DNA of 64,000 nt from Selaginella moellendorffii (Eukaryota; Plantae; Lycopodiophyta). The notes under the pieces are model-generated. The model did no database searches. It was not told where the DNA came from and saw only the letters and a program-made list of their open reading frames with translations. Positions 23,367 to 35,565 of the stretch are shown in pieces. The translations under genes were made by a program, and so were the position numbers. Location of the stretch: contig NW_003314268.1 of assembly GCF_000143415.4 (NCBI RefSeq), positions 2,860,559-2,924,558 on the forward strand. Direction: 5' to 3'. The first letter of the stretch is position 1; the number at the start of each line of letters is the position of its first letter.

Positions 23367-26300
23367 CTTTCTTTCGAGAGTATCATCAAGGGGTTCGCTC
23401 AGCACCGGTTCATCCAGTGTTTACTTTCCAAGCTCGTTTTTATAACAAGAGGTCTCCTATTCTTCTCTCCGTGTTGGTTGATACAAGTTCGAGTTTATCT
23501 TCTATTGCTCGACTTGTTGCCACACGTTGTCGTCTACACTTGCGTCGTGTGGCAGATCCAGTTTTCATTCTTTATGGCAACGGCCATACACATGCATGTG
23601 CACAAGATGAGGCGGACCTGGTTGTGCGTGTGGGCGATCTCGAGCTTGAGTTGCAGTCGTTGCGGGTGGTGCCGAGTCAAGCTTTTGACCTCATTCTTGG
23701 TATGGATTGGTTGCAGCACAATCATGCCAAGTGTGACTTTGAGGCTTCTCCCCCTTGTCTCATACTTCCTTATGTTTCATCCATTCCTCTCACTTCTGTA
23801 CCTCTTCGTCCCTCTACTTCTACCTCTGCTTCCATTACTTTTGTTCCCCCACTATTTCCTCTTGTGTTTCCATTTTGTTCTGCTCTTCCCTTTTTTGATC
23901 CCTCCGATGATCTTTGTGTTGCAGCTGTTGACCAGCTCATAAAGGAGTATTCTGATCTCTTTGAATTTGACCTATCGTCTGGGGCCAAGATTGCCACACG
24001 TCATCCCATCCCAACTGGGGATGCTCGTCCAATCAAGGTTCCTGTTCGTCGTCGGTCACCCAAGAAGATCAAGATTTTATGTGCAAACATCAAGGAAATG
24101 TTGGAGAAGGGTGTTATTCGGAAGTCGCGGAGTCCTTGGGCATGTGAACCTCATCTTGTGACGAAGCCTGATAGGAGTATTCGTTTCTGCATCGACTATC
24201 GTCCGTTAAATGAAGTGACGATCCCGGACGTGTACCCTCTTCCTCACACTGCTGATCTCTTGGATCATCTGGGGCGAAGTCGTTGGTTCACCAAGCTAGA
24301 TCTTGCTTCTGGGTATTGGCAAGTACCGATGGCCGAAGAAGATATTCCTAAAACTGCTTTTCGTACACCATTTGGTTTGTACGAGTTCTTGGTGATGCCG
24401 TTTGGTTTGAACAATGCTCCAGCAACTTTTCAGCGGATGATGGACGAAGTTCTTTGCGATATGCCGGAGGTGACGGCTGACTTCATTGATGATGTCTTGA
24501 TCCACTCGGAGGGGACGTGGGAGGAGCACGTTCGTGATGTTTGTAAAGTGTTGGATCGGCTACGTGACGTTGGTTTAAAGCTGAAGCGGTCAAAGTGCGT
24601 GTTTGGGTCCAAGGACACAACTTATCTTGGGTACCGTATTTCTCGTGAGGGTTTGCAAGTTGATCCTGACAAACTTGTGGTTGTTCTAAAGTTCCCTACT
24701 CCGAAGTGTGTGAATGATGTGCAGCGCTTTTTGGGTAAGGTGCAGTATCTCGGTCATTTTGTGGATCATTTTTCCGATCGCACTACACCATTGCGAGCGT
24801 TGCTGAAGTCATCAACGTCATCTTTCATCTGGTCTTTGGATTGTGAGCGGGTGTTCGTGAATCTCAAAGAGCTATTGACGACTCCTCCGGTTTTGGCATA
24901 TCTTGACTACACTCGATCTTTAATTTTGTGCGTGGATGCTTCTGACATTGGTCTTGGAGGTGTGTTGATGCAAGAGAGCTCGAGTGTGCCTGGTCAGCGC
25001 CATCCCATTGCATACATAAGCCGTACATTACAACCAGCGGAGATGAACTTCTCCACAATGGAGAAGGAGTGTTTAGCAGCAGTCTGGGGTTTCGAGAAAC
25101 TTCATGCATATCTACATGGTTCTCGGACGTTACTTGAAGGTGACCATGCTGCTGTTACTTCATTATTGAAGTGGAAGAACTTGGTTGGTCGTACGGCTCG
25201 ATGGGCTTTGAAGCTTCAGATATATGATTTCGATGTTGTTCATCGCCTAGGGAGTTCTATGGCTAATGCTGATGCCCTTTATCGAGCTCCTCTTCCTTCT
25301 CCACTCACTTCTTATGTTTCTGACGAACCTGTTGTTCCAGCATCTGTGGATTTTCTAGATGAGGATTCTGTGCCGTCGGCAGTTGCTGTCCTTGACGTTC
25401 AGTGTCCACAGGGTGCAGAGCAAGATCTACCTTCTCTTGATGAGGTTCGTGAGGCTCAAAAGATTGAGCCGTGGATTCGAAGGCTTCGAGATGGGTTTGA
25501 GAATTCTGCATCACTTGCTGATGACTTGCCTTTCCGGCATTTACATTCTCAATATCGCCTTGAAGATGGCCTTCTTTATTTTATGGAGACGGATCCTGAT
25601 GATCATTTACGGCTGGTGGTGCCTTCGGTGTTTATTCCGCGGTTTCTCCATGCCTACCATGATTCTCTTGTTCTAGGTGGGCATATGGGACACCGTCGTG
25701 TCACTGAGAAGCTGCGCAGATCTTTCTATTGGCCAGAGATGCGACGTGATATTATCCGGTATGTGCGTAGCTGCGTTTGGTGCCAAGCTCATAATACTCC
25801 CCCTTGTGCTACGGAAGGACAGTTGGAGTCAATTGCAGTTTCTCGTCCGTTTGAGTTGGTGGCATTTGATCTTATGGGACCTTTTCCACGATCGACTGCT
25901 GGCAATGAGTATATTATTATTGCTTCTGACTATTTGATTCGTTGGGTGGAAGTTGGTGCTCTTGCTAGTGCCTCTGCAACTGCTGTTGGATACTTCCTCC
26001 TCAATCGAGTGGTGTTCCAGCATTCTTGTCCAGAGCGGATTCTTTCGGATAATGGTCCTGCATTTATGGTTGAGGTATTTCATGTTTTGACATCTCGGTT
26101 GGGGATACGCCACACTTTTACGAGTGCTTATCATCCACAATCAGACGGTCTGGTGGAACGACTCGTTCGGACATTCAAAGGGATGATTGCGAAGTATGTG
26201 AACTTTCAGCATTCGGATTGGGATGGTTATTTGCCGTCTCTTCGGTATGCCTATGTCACAGGGGTGCAGAGTTCTATTGGTGCTTCACCATATAAACTTC

Positions 26301-26791
26301 TATATGGTCATGATCCAATATTACCAACAGAGCTGGGTTTACCTTTGCGATTGCCATGAGCTCCTGATACTAGGTCATGGGATCAATATTTGACAAGCAT
26401 TCTTCCACTTGTCCGAGCAGAGTCTGCTGAACACTTAGGCCGCGTACAAGTGGGACAACAACTGCGCTACAATTACCATCATTGTCCACCTATGGAGTAC
26501 AAAGTGGATGATTTGGTGTTAGTCCGTTTTCCTCATCTTACGGTATGTGGTTTATCTAAGGGGCTCCTTGCGTAGTGGAAAGGACCGTATCGGGTGTTGC
26601 GGCAAGTTGGACCACAAGTTTATAAGGTTCGGCATGACGTTCAGCAGGCCGATCCTCTGGAGATTGTGCATGTGCAGCAGTTAAAACGCTTCATACAAAG
26701 GGATCAGGAGCAATTAATACCGTCTACAGATCCGCCGATGCCTCCTCCTGACATTCCTCCAGATCCCGGCCCGTCTACAAGAGAACCTTGA
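23303..26791 (+). pseudogene. pol: Pol (protease, RT, RNase H, integrase with GPY motif); two nonsense codons in the integrase C-terminus
   Basis: LVDTSS, LILGMDWL, RFCIDYR, KLDLASGYWQ, MPFGL, FIDD, VDAS, EKECLA, HHCC, SDNG, HPQSDGLVER, WKGPY; stops at 26357-26359 and 26573-26575. Confidence 0.92.
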
Positions 26792-26823
26792 CGGCCTTTC
26801 ATTATTTCGAGAGGAGGGGATGA

Positions 26824-26998
26824 TGTGAGGGCCAAGTGTACGGCTACGATGCCGTATACTAATATTAGCGTAGTGGGATTTTGGTAGCCGTCGGATTGGT
26901 TTCAATCCGGACCACTCGCTCCTGTATATAAGCTAGGGTTTTTGGGCTAATTGATATGCACATTTCTGTATTCCCGTTCCATATTCCATGCACTCACA
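26824..26998 (+). repeat. 3' LTR (175 bp)
   Basis: Preceded by the PPT, followed by the AATT TSD. Confidence 0.95.
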
Positions 26999-27785
26999 AA
27001 TTCTTCATTAAATTTTTTTTCACCAAATTATTCATATATTAGGTGTTAATTAGGATTTGAAATAAGGCTTTAGTTTTCATTCACTTGCATTTCTCTTTGC
27101 CTCAATAATTTGATTTTCCTTTCTCTAGAAAATAAAAAACATTCAGACCACACTCAACTTAATTCATAAACAGCAACATTAGACAATTATTTTGTTCCTT
27201 TAAACTTCAAATTTTAAATTGTTGATATCATTTACATGGCAACTAAATGGGTTGTAACTAAAGTTGGCATTAGAAGAACGTAGACAATACATAGTCTTCT
27301 GTCTTTTCACAATTGAGGGAACTGTTCCAAACCCTAAAACATGTACCCTTAACACTCTATTTCTCAAGCTTTACTATGATTTGCCCTACTTAGATCTAAC
27401 TTCTATTTAGCTACAGTGAAAAAATGTTTACAGGATGAGAATCTCTAAATCTATTCCATGTTGAGATCAATATAAACTAGCAGATTGGTGATCGGAGAGG
27501 CTACAGTTGAAAAGGTCTTTTCAAAGGACAAAGGCAAGAAAAAAATAATGAGTGGGTATTTTGAAGAATATTGCTCAGTGTGTAACTCCAGCCAGTGGAA
27601 GAGTGAGAATGGATTTGGAACGAGGGGTCTTTTCTCCAGAAGTCTGGTGGGCGATGAGAAGCTTCTTTTGCCATTTCTCCTTTCGTCTCTCTCTTATGTT
27701 GGGCATAGGCTTGCCCAAAGCTCTTTGCTTCTCATCCCTCGCCGTCTAACATCCTAAAATAATAAAAATTCTAGGGTTATTGTGC

Positions 27786-28837
27786 ATGCAGGTGCTCTTG
27801 GACCTCGACCGGACGCTTGTTCGCCTCGATCGCGGCGGCAAACACTCTGCCGGTGGCGATTCCTACGCGCCGCTGCATGGATGCCGCGAGTTTCTACTCG
27901 CGCTCAGCCAAATCCCAGGTATGAGCGTCAGCTTCTTCAGCTTCGGCCCGGAATCGCGAAACCCGCTGCTCGTTGCAAGCCTCCTGGCCGACATTTTCCC
28001 AGCATGCACAGCAGGAGGCCTCAAGGATTGCAGTGTCTTCTCGCAGAACCATCTCTACCGGGTGGACGGATTCACAGTGGGATCTCCCACGGCGATCGAG
28101 GTGGACATGGAGCAAACCATCATGGTGGACGACATGGCTTGCTCGGTGTGCGCTCCAGGAGAGGAGAGGAACTTCTTGCCAGTTTACAGTGGAGAGTTCC
28201 AGTTCACAGGAGCTGGAGCTGCGTATCCGTGTGGGATCTTCCAGGTGCGAAGAGACAACAGCCTTGTCCGTGTGCTGGGGATGATCTTGTGGTGCATCGA
28301 GGCCTCCAAGGAGCGAGATGTGAGCCTGGTGGAGGCTCTCACGGTCTTGCAGTGGGATTTGGAGCCGAGCACGTACCGGCCAACAGCGAGAGGATCTATA
28401 GCTTGGGTCTGGCGGCGATGAGACGCTTCAATCCAGAGATCGAGCTGCTAGACACGGAGAAGCAAGGATTTTCGCCGTGGTCGCCGCCGCTGGCAGTGCT
28501 CAATCCTGCGTCCCAAGCGCTGGTGCTTTCGTGGTACCGCCACTTTGGCTTCGATGAGGAGCAAGTGAGGAGGGTTGTGAGCAGCGGAAGATTGGTGGCG
28601 TGGAGAGAAGAGTTTGCATCAAGATCAAAACCACAGGTGACAGTCTTCGAGATTTTTGGTGGTTTTAGCCTCAGTCTTCCTCGAGAACTTTCTGACCAGG
28701 CAACCAAACGTGTCTCGAGTGATATCGTGAATTATGGACTGGAGAAACACAGCAACATCGAGCTAGCTTGTGCGGCACCCGGACGATTTAAGCTTCGGTT
28801 GAAGGCTTTGAGACTATGCGACTTTGATGAAGCATGA
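27786..28837 (+). pseudogene. HAD-like phosphatase, copy 3, frameshifted
   Basis: A 10-nt deletion (ACAGGCAAAC) after 28380 shifts the C-terminus into another frame; also lacks the motif III segment. Confidence 0.8.
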
Positions 28838-29054
28838 TATTCTTGTGCTCTTGGAGTTTTTGTTCTTGGTTTTGGTGGGTTCTTTATTTGGGAGTGTAGA
28901 TCTCAGTCTCTTCAAGCAAGTTCTTTCACACCTAAAGACTTGGAGCCAGTAATCTGTAGAGAGAGAATAAACACAAACAGGAACTTGTTTCATTTTCCAG
29001 GACACAAATTGAAGTCCTTATGGTAGACCCGATGTTTCTAATCTCTCCGGTAAA

Positions 29055-30308
29055 TCAGATGGCTCTTAACAGTCCCTTGTTTAGCATGTCGGAAACAGTG
29101 TCAAACAGCATCCGTTCCAATGGTATGTCAAACTCAGTGATTAGCCCCAAGAGCTTCTCTCTTCCCAGATTGTCGGGACGGATTCCCGATTGGTTCCAAA
29201 CGCTCGTCTCAGCAACGCACCTAGAGTTTCTAGCTTTATAGATATCGGAAGAAAGGAACTAGAGACGCTTACTCTTTTGGATATGAAAGCTGCGGGAACT
29301 TGGCCCTGAGAATCTTGATAATCTCGCTGTTGGACACAACCCTTTCCACGCAGAGATAGCGGCCCGAGGCCTCCTCCTTGTCCATGGCCAGAATGTGAGC
29401 TTTCGAGACGTCCCTCACGTCCACAACCGGAATGGAGGAATCGCGGTAGCTGCTTTCATGACCTGGGGAAACAAGACACATCGATCAGGCTTCTGAAGCA
29501 TTTTTAAAGCACAAACCATCCACGAGAGCCTTCAAGACCGCACTGCTGGAATTCAGCGTTGGCTGGAGCATCGGGCCAAACACGTACGAGGGGCAGATCG
29601 TGATGAGGTCAAGGCCGTACTCCTTGGAGAGACTCCACGCTAGCTTCTCAGACTCCGTCTTGGCTAAAAGATACCATTGCTTGAAACAAGAGTCTCAGTG
29701 AGTACAACACAGTAACTTCGTCGAGGGTGAGGATAAGTTTACCTTGAGCTTTTTACAGTAGTCGGTATCAGACCAGCAGCTCTCGTCGACAATTCTTTCC
29801 GCCGGCCGATTTGGATCGAACATCACCGCAGCCGCGGACGACGTGACAATGACCCGTTTGATCCTCTCCTGTGCGCAGGCCTTCAACACGTTGCGAGTGC
29901 CGGTGATTGCTGGCACCAAAACATCCTGGGACTCAAAAATACAGTCAGCCTTATCCAGAGAAAAGAAATGAAATAGGAGACTACCTCTGGATTCTCAGTC
30001 GATGCGGTTACAGGGCAAGCAGTATGGAACACAACTTCACAGTCCCGAATCGCGTCAGCGATTGAGTCATAGTCAAGCACATCAGCCTTATGTAGTTTTA
30101 GTCTCTCGCTTCCATCCAGTTGCTTTAGATGTCCACACTTGGCGTTGTCATCTGAAAGCCACCATCACTAGATCTGGAACAAAGACAACAAACCAGAACC
30201 TGGATCGCGGACAGTGCCATGAACTGAAAAGCCCTTGTTAAGAAGATCACGAACAATCCACGAAGCAATGAAACCACCAGCTCCAGTCACGCAAATCGCC
30301 TTGCCCAT
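29055..30308 (-). CDS. CCR-like reductase, copy 3
   Basis: Same motifs and exon structure as copies 1 and 2. Confidence 0.92.
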
Positions 30309-30831
30309 TCGGACTGAGTTCCTGCGACCAATGGAGACGAGGAACAGAGTTCCCTGGCTGTAATTTATTCGAAGACTACGTTGCGCGTGCGAAACCTGTT
30401 TTACTTGACTGCAAGGAGAAAATTTTGGCTTATGTGGAGCTTAAAGACAAGAAGCTCTTTGAGCACTCAACCAACTCTGAATTTTGCGCAGCGGACAATG
30501 ACCGTCACGTCATGCTTAAGGGTCAGAAGGGTTAGGGCTAGGGCTAGGGTAAGGGTATTAATAATAGGAAGGGTATTAAAGTAAAGCATATTCGAGAAGC
30601 AGCTACCCTTAACGGGCCCACCTCGCATGCCCTAATCCACGTCACGCCCTCGACAAATGCTTCTATAATTTTTCAAAGATCGATTATTCAAATGTAGAGC
30701 CCTAATATTTTTATTTTCTTCCTTGATCCGCAAGGAGGAGATTCACGAGTAGGCAGCAAGCAAAGCGATGGCGCTGCCGCGAACAAAATGCAGCTGGGCG
30801 GGGGCGCCATCCCTCTATTCTTGCCAAAGCA

Positions 30832-33013
30832 ATGTAAGTACACTGCGTATGTTTGATTCTTTCATCTTTCTCGCCCGCCCCCTGATTGTGCTTCTTGTCA
30901 CAGGGGCAGGTCGGAGATCGAATTGCGAGTGGAGGACCACAGCATCCGCCTCAAGCGGGAGATTGTGATCGAGATTCCCAAGAAGGAGCTCATCTCCAAG
31001 CTCTGTTCTTCCATTATCGGTCAGGGTACTAGATTGCGTAGCATTTTGGTTTATAAGACCCCTTGCCTTTTCAGCGCATCGGGATGATTTTCTGCTGCTT
31101 TGTGACAAGCTGGAGCAAATAATCGCCTTGCAGTACCGCTCTAGACGAGAGAATCTCACTGTAAGCTACAGCGTCTGGTCTACTGTTTCAAGTTTTCTTC
31201 TCTTTCATTGAAAGAACATTGCAGGATGTCTATGAGCTCTTCAATCCTCTTGGCAATGTCAAGAAGCTGGAAAGCTTTTCTGAAGCCCAAGTCAAGGAAA
31301 GTCAGGATAGATTTCTCGAGCTTTTATCCGACGTAAGTGTCTCTCACTTTTCCTGCTACGGTTCAGTGATTATAATATAGACAAGCTCTCAGGCCATGGA
31401 CAAAAGTAACTTCAAGCCTTTGAGCGCGCAAGAGCTGAAAGTGGCCACCTCCAGTCAGTATCTCTTCCATTTGACCACGAAAATCAATCGGAAAAAGGTT
31501 GTAGTATAGGATGAAGAATTAATTCTGAATGACGACGTCTTTCCTTCTGTTGTCCAGCTTGACGATCAGTTCTTCAAGGACTCGAAATATCACGATATCA
31601 ATCCTGGCGGGGACTTAGGCTCCCTCTACGTAATATTTCGTCGAGGCATTGGGATAGATAGAAAGAGCGGTCAGTTCTATCAAGCAAAGATTGATTGCAT
31701 CCTTAAATTTTGCTGGAACACCATCAAACTCTATGCTGTGAAAGCATGGCGCTGGCTCTTGGGGTATGTGAGCCCATACTTCTTCTGATCCTTACAAGGT
31801 TGGTGAGCTTTTGCCGCAGGAAGTCTGTTGCAGAAGAGTCTAAGAGTCGCGAGTCGGAACCTGCAAGGTAAGTTTTATTCATTTACTCCGAAGCACTTAC
31901 AATAATCTTAGTTCACTCTATGGCAGGACGTCTGAGAACTTCGTATGTGTGAAGCGAATTCACGTGTCAAACTCGTTCCGATTTAAGAAGTTTTTTCAGA
32001 AGCTCGATCTGCAAGAGCCAACTTTTGATCACATGATCATAGTCTACAGGTTGTTTTCATGAGTTGTTTTGAGAGTTTTCGCTGAATTGAGATTGCGTAC
32101 AGGAAAGCCACAAGTTTGACCCATACTTCCTGCCATGGAGAGCGCGGCATTCACATAAGGCACTACAAGGGAATTCCAATGGCAGACATGGAGCTTATCC
32201 TGGTATCATATCCGATGCTATATCTCTCACTTATCTCACGATTTTGTTTTTATTACAGCCCGCTAAAAAGCATCCAAAGCTCCCATTTACGGACTGGATC
32301 ACACTTTTGGTGTTCTTCTTCATTTCTCTAGTAAGTCCAATGTTTTCAGAATTAAGCTTATCGCTCAAGGTCTTTAGGTGGGGATTCTATCAGCCTTGCG
32401 GCAGCACAATCCCATGGGCCTGGTGATCGGAATGCTTGTAGTGTTTTTCAGTTATGCCACAAAAGTTTATCTTACGTAAGTGAAGCAACTAAGGCTTTTC
32501 CCATCGATTTTCCACTATGAATTCAGGTTCACTATGAATGTTCTCGAGTACGAGAGGCTCATCAACAAGCTCATGGAGGATAAACAGCTTGATTGTGGAC
32601 ATGGAACTCTCTTGTATGTTATGGATGAGGCCATCCAGCAAGAGGTGAGAAGGATATTAACTCATGGAGCTCTTTAAAATGGTGTCTGTCTGCATAAAAC
32701 AGGTGAAAGAGGCTATTATAGCGTACTATGTTTTACTTAGGCAGCCTGACGAAAAGAGTCTTGACGAAAAGGTTTGTCTAATTTACATTTGCGTTCTGGG
32801 AATCGCTAAGTTTCATTGCAGGAGCTGCAAGTTCAATGCAATAATATTCTCATGGACTCCTTCCAGAGTGGGACGAGTGAATTCCAAGTCAAGGATGCTG
32901 TTGGTAAGCTCCTGAGACTTGGGATTGTGGAGGAAAGCGGAAATCTTTTCAAGACCACACCTCCAAAAGACGCGATCGAAATTATTCGTAAAAGAATGAT
33001 AGAAAGCATATGA
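30832..33013 (+). CDS. DUF3754 family protein (annotated aminopeptidase-like in plants), intact copy, many short introns
   Basis: IRLKREIVIEIPKKELI, MDKSNFK, IFRRGIGID, LQEPTFDHMIVVYR, HYKGIPMADMELIL, DCGHGTLLYVMDEAIQQEVKEAIIAYYVL. Confidence 0.85.
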
Positions 33014-33076
33014 TATCCTATCAAAACTTTCAACATTTAAAATTATAAAGTTGAGTTCCGCAGTATAGAGGATCTA

Positions 33077-35197
33077 TCATGATCTTAGATTTTGGAGTAA
33101 GGCCTTGATCGCTTCCAGATAGTTCCCTTGAAGAAAATTCCTTACAAAATTTTGCTTGGCAATGGTGTAAGGAGGATATCGCGACGCCATGTCCGCCCAG
33201 AAGCCTCGGTACAAAACGGCCTTTCTGTGGCTGAAAGCATCGAAAGAGAACTTGCCATGGTACGCCCCCATTCCACTGTGCCCGACGCCACCGAAAGGCA
33301 TTGTCTCGGTGACAAACTGCGAAGAACCAAAAACATCAACAATCCACCAACAAAACTTCCACACGTACATGTAAAACAGTGTCATTGACAACCATGCCTC
33401 CCGCTGATGTTTCGCTGACCACCTTCTTCTCCAGAGCTTTGTCGCGAGTGAAGAGATAGAGGGCCAGAGGTTTGGGCCTCGTGTTTACAAAGCTCATGGC
33501 GGATTCCATGGAGTCAACCTGTTATTGTTGAAAAATTGAGTATGTGTGCCGCACTGGAGGAAAAAAAAACTCACCGGGATGACGGGCAGCAGTGGTCCAA
33601 AAATCTCCTCCGTCATGACGGCACTGTCCGCGGGAGGATCGAGGATAACAGTGGGAGCGATGAACCTGGGCGCTTCAGGGAAATAGTAAGACACGAACAA
33701 GAAAACAAAAAATGAACGTACAGCTTGTTTGAGTCCCGTGCTCCTCCAAACACTATCTTGTCTTTCACCCCGTCCTCGTCCAAGAGGCCCGTGAGGCGTT
33801 CAAAGTGAGAGCCATTGACGACGCGAGCGATGTCCTTGGACCTGCTTGGATCATCCCCATAGAATTCAAGCAAACACTCCTTGATGGCAGTTATCTGCGA
33901 CAACTTAATGTTGAAGCGACAGAAGAAAGAGGCGAGAGAATTAAAAAGCGTACCAATTTTGGTACCACCGATTCGTCAGCAAGGATATAATCGGGAGAGA
34001 TGCAAGCTTGTGCGTTGTTGTTACCCCATTTCCCAAGAGCAATTCTCCTCGCAGTCACCTAATGTAAGTCAAGTTAGGAATGGACTCACAAGTTACGCAA
34101 TGGACTGTACCTTGACATCTACATTGGAATCAACAAGAACCGGGGACTTTCCCCCCAGCTCCAACACCACCGGTGTCAGATTCTTGGCAGCAGCAGCCAT
34201 GACTATCTTGCCCACACGCGTGCTCCCTGCGATGATAGAGTGAGTTCCTCCTTCGTCCGGTTGAAAAGAAGTTATCAACTTACCAGTGTAGAAAATCTTG
34301 TCCCACTGCTGATCCAGAAGAGCTGTTGTCTCCGGAACACCTCCTTCTACAACGCGAATGGCCTTCTTGTCCAAGTACAAAGGAACCAGTTTTGCAAGCA
34401 AAGCAGCAGTGGCCGGTGCAAGCTCCGATGGTTTCAAGACCACCGCGTTCCCAGCACAGATGGCACCGATGACGGGATCCAGAGACAGCACTACAGGAAA
34501 AGAAAAGAAAACACTAGTCATGAGAACTAGCCACAGATTTCCAGAGACTCACGAAAAGGGAAGTTCCAGGCAGAGATAACGAGCGCAACGCCGAGGGGCT
34601 CTGGGACGATTTCTCCGGATGAAGGAAAGCTGATCATCGATGTAGAGACCTGCCAGCAGCAAAAGACGATCTTTTGCAAAATCGATCGATCAAAACTACC
34701 TTCTCTGGAGCCATCCAGCTCCTGAGATGTTTCAGAGCATTCGTACACGAATTGGCTATCGTGGAGAGCTGAGACAACAAAAACTTATAGAGCGACAAAA
34801 ACAAAGGAAGAAAAAAATCTCCCACCTCCGCAACATATGTCTCGTACGCTGGCTTCCCGATATCCCGATCCAGCGCCTCGATGATCTCCCCCTCCCGCTC
34901 ATCGATCATCCGTAGCATGGCGCGGAGCTGCGCCGCGCGCCAATCCATGGGGCGCGTCCGCCCGCTCCGGAACTCATCGCGCAGCTCCGCGACCAGGCGA
35001 TCGGTTTGCAGTGGATCCATGGCGACTGACGCAGTGCAAGTGGCGGCCGCGAGACCTCGTCGAGGTGAGAGGGAGAGGTAGCCAGGACGAAATCGCGCCG
35101 CGCGAGAACGACAACAAGACGCCCGTGAGAGTAGGCCCAGCTTACCGAAAGCAACAGCACGCTGACTGGCCGGGATCTTTCCGGGCACTGCCGCCAT
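33077..35197 (-). CDS. ALDH3: Aldehyde dehydrogenase family 3 (ALDH3H/3I-like) with probable plastid transit peptide
   Basis: [80 protein letters not shown]. Confidence 0.95.
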
Positions 35198-35321
35198 GAT
35201 CGCTCAGCACGATGCTCCTGTTCTTCCTCCTCCTCCCCCATCGAATAAAATATTTGCCCTAGATTTTAGAAAAACGCTCGCGGTCTTGGCGGGAAGAACA
35301 CTTCCATGGCGTGTAGGTGAC

Positions 35322-35403
35322 GTGGACGTGCCGGAGTGGTTATCGGGCATGCCTAGAAAGCATGTGAGTTTTACTCGCGCAGGTTCGAATCCTGCCGTCC
35401 ACG
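35322..35403 (+). tRNA. tRNA-Ser (AGA)
   Basis: GTGGACG/CGTCCAC acceptor stem, anticodon arm CATGC-CTAGAAA-GCATG, long variable arm, GGTTCGAATCC, downstream T-run. Confidence 0.95.
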
Positions 35404-35565
35404 AAAGTTTCTTTTTTATCGAGTTTTAACCTTGTGACAACCAAGTTACTGATGTAAAAATAAAAACTTTGATCACTTGGTAACTTTTGTTGTAAACATA
35501 ATCCATCAGGTAACAAAAACCGTGGTAATTTATTCCTGTAAAAATAATTTACAATGTGTCACCTT

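Larger units (their letters stand above)
21989..26998 (+). mobile_element. Full-length Ty3/gypsy LTR retrotransposon (non-chromovirus-like), short LTRs, AATT TSD
   Basis: LTRs 21989-22161 and 26824-26998 (TG...CA, 4 substitutions + 2-nt indel); PBS TGGTGGAGGTGAGGGG (tRNA-Ala-like); PPT GAGGAGGGGA; domain order PR-RT-RH-INT. Confidence 0.97.
5434..31487. repeat. Tandem triplication with ~8.1-kb period; units start ~5434, ~13557, ~21747 (third interrupted by Gypsy element)
   Basis: The same AT-rich leader, HAD ORF, CCR-like gene and DUF3754 5' exons recur three times at high identity. Confidence 0.95.

Noticed and set aside
26594-26791. Chromodomain at the end of pol
   Set aside because: The sequence is the GPY/F module followed by a Pro-rich tail, with no chromodomain aromatic pattern.
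8114-35197. Biosynthetic gene cluster (CCR-like + phosphatase + ALDH3, with a distant MATE)
   Set aside because: No scaffold-forming enzyme and no co-expression evidence; proximity is expected in so compact a genome.
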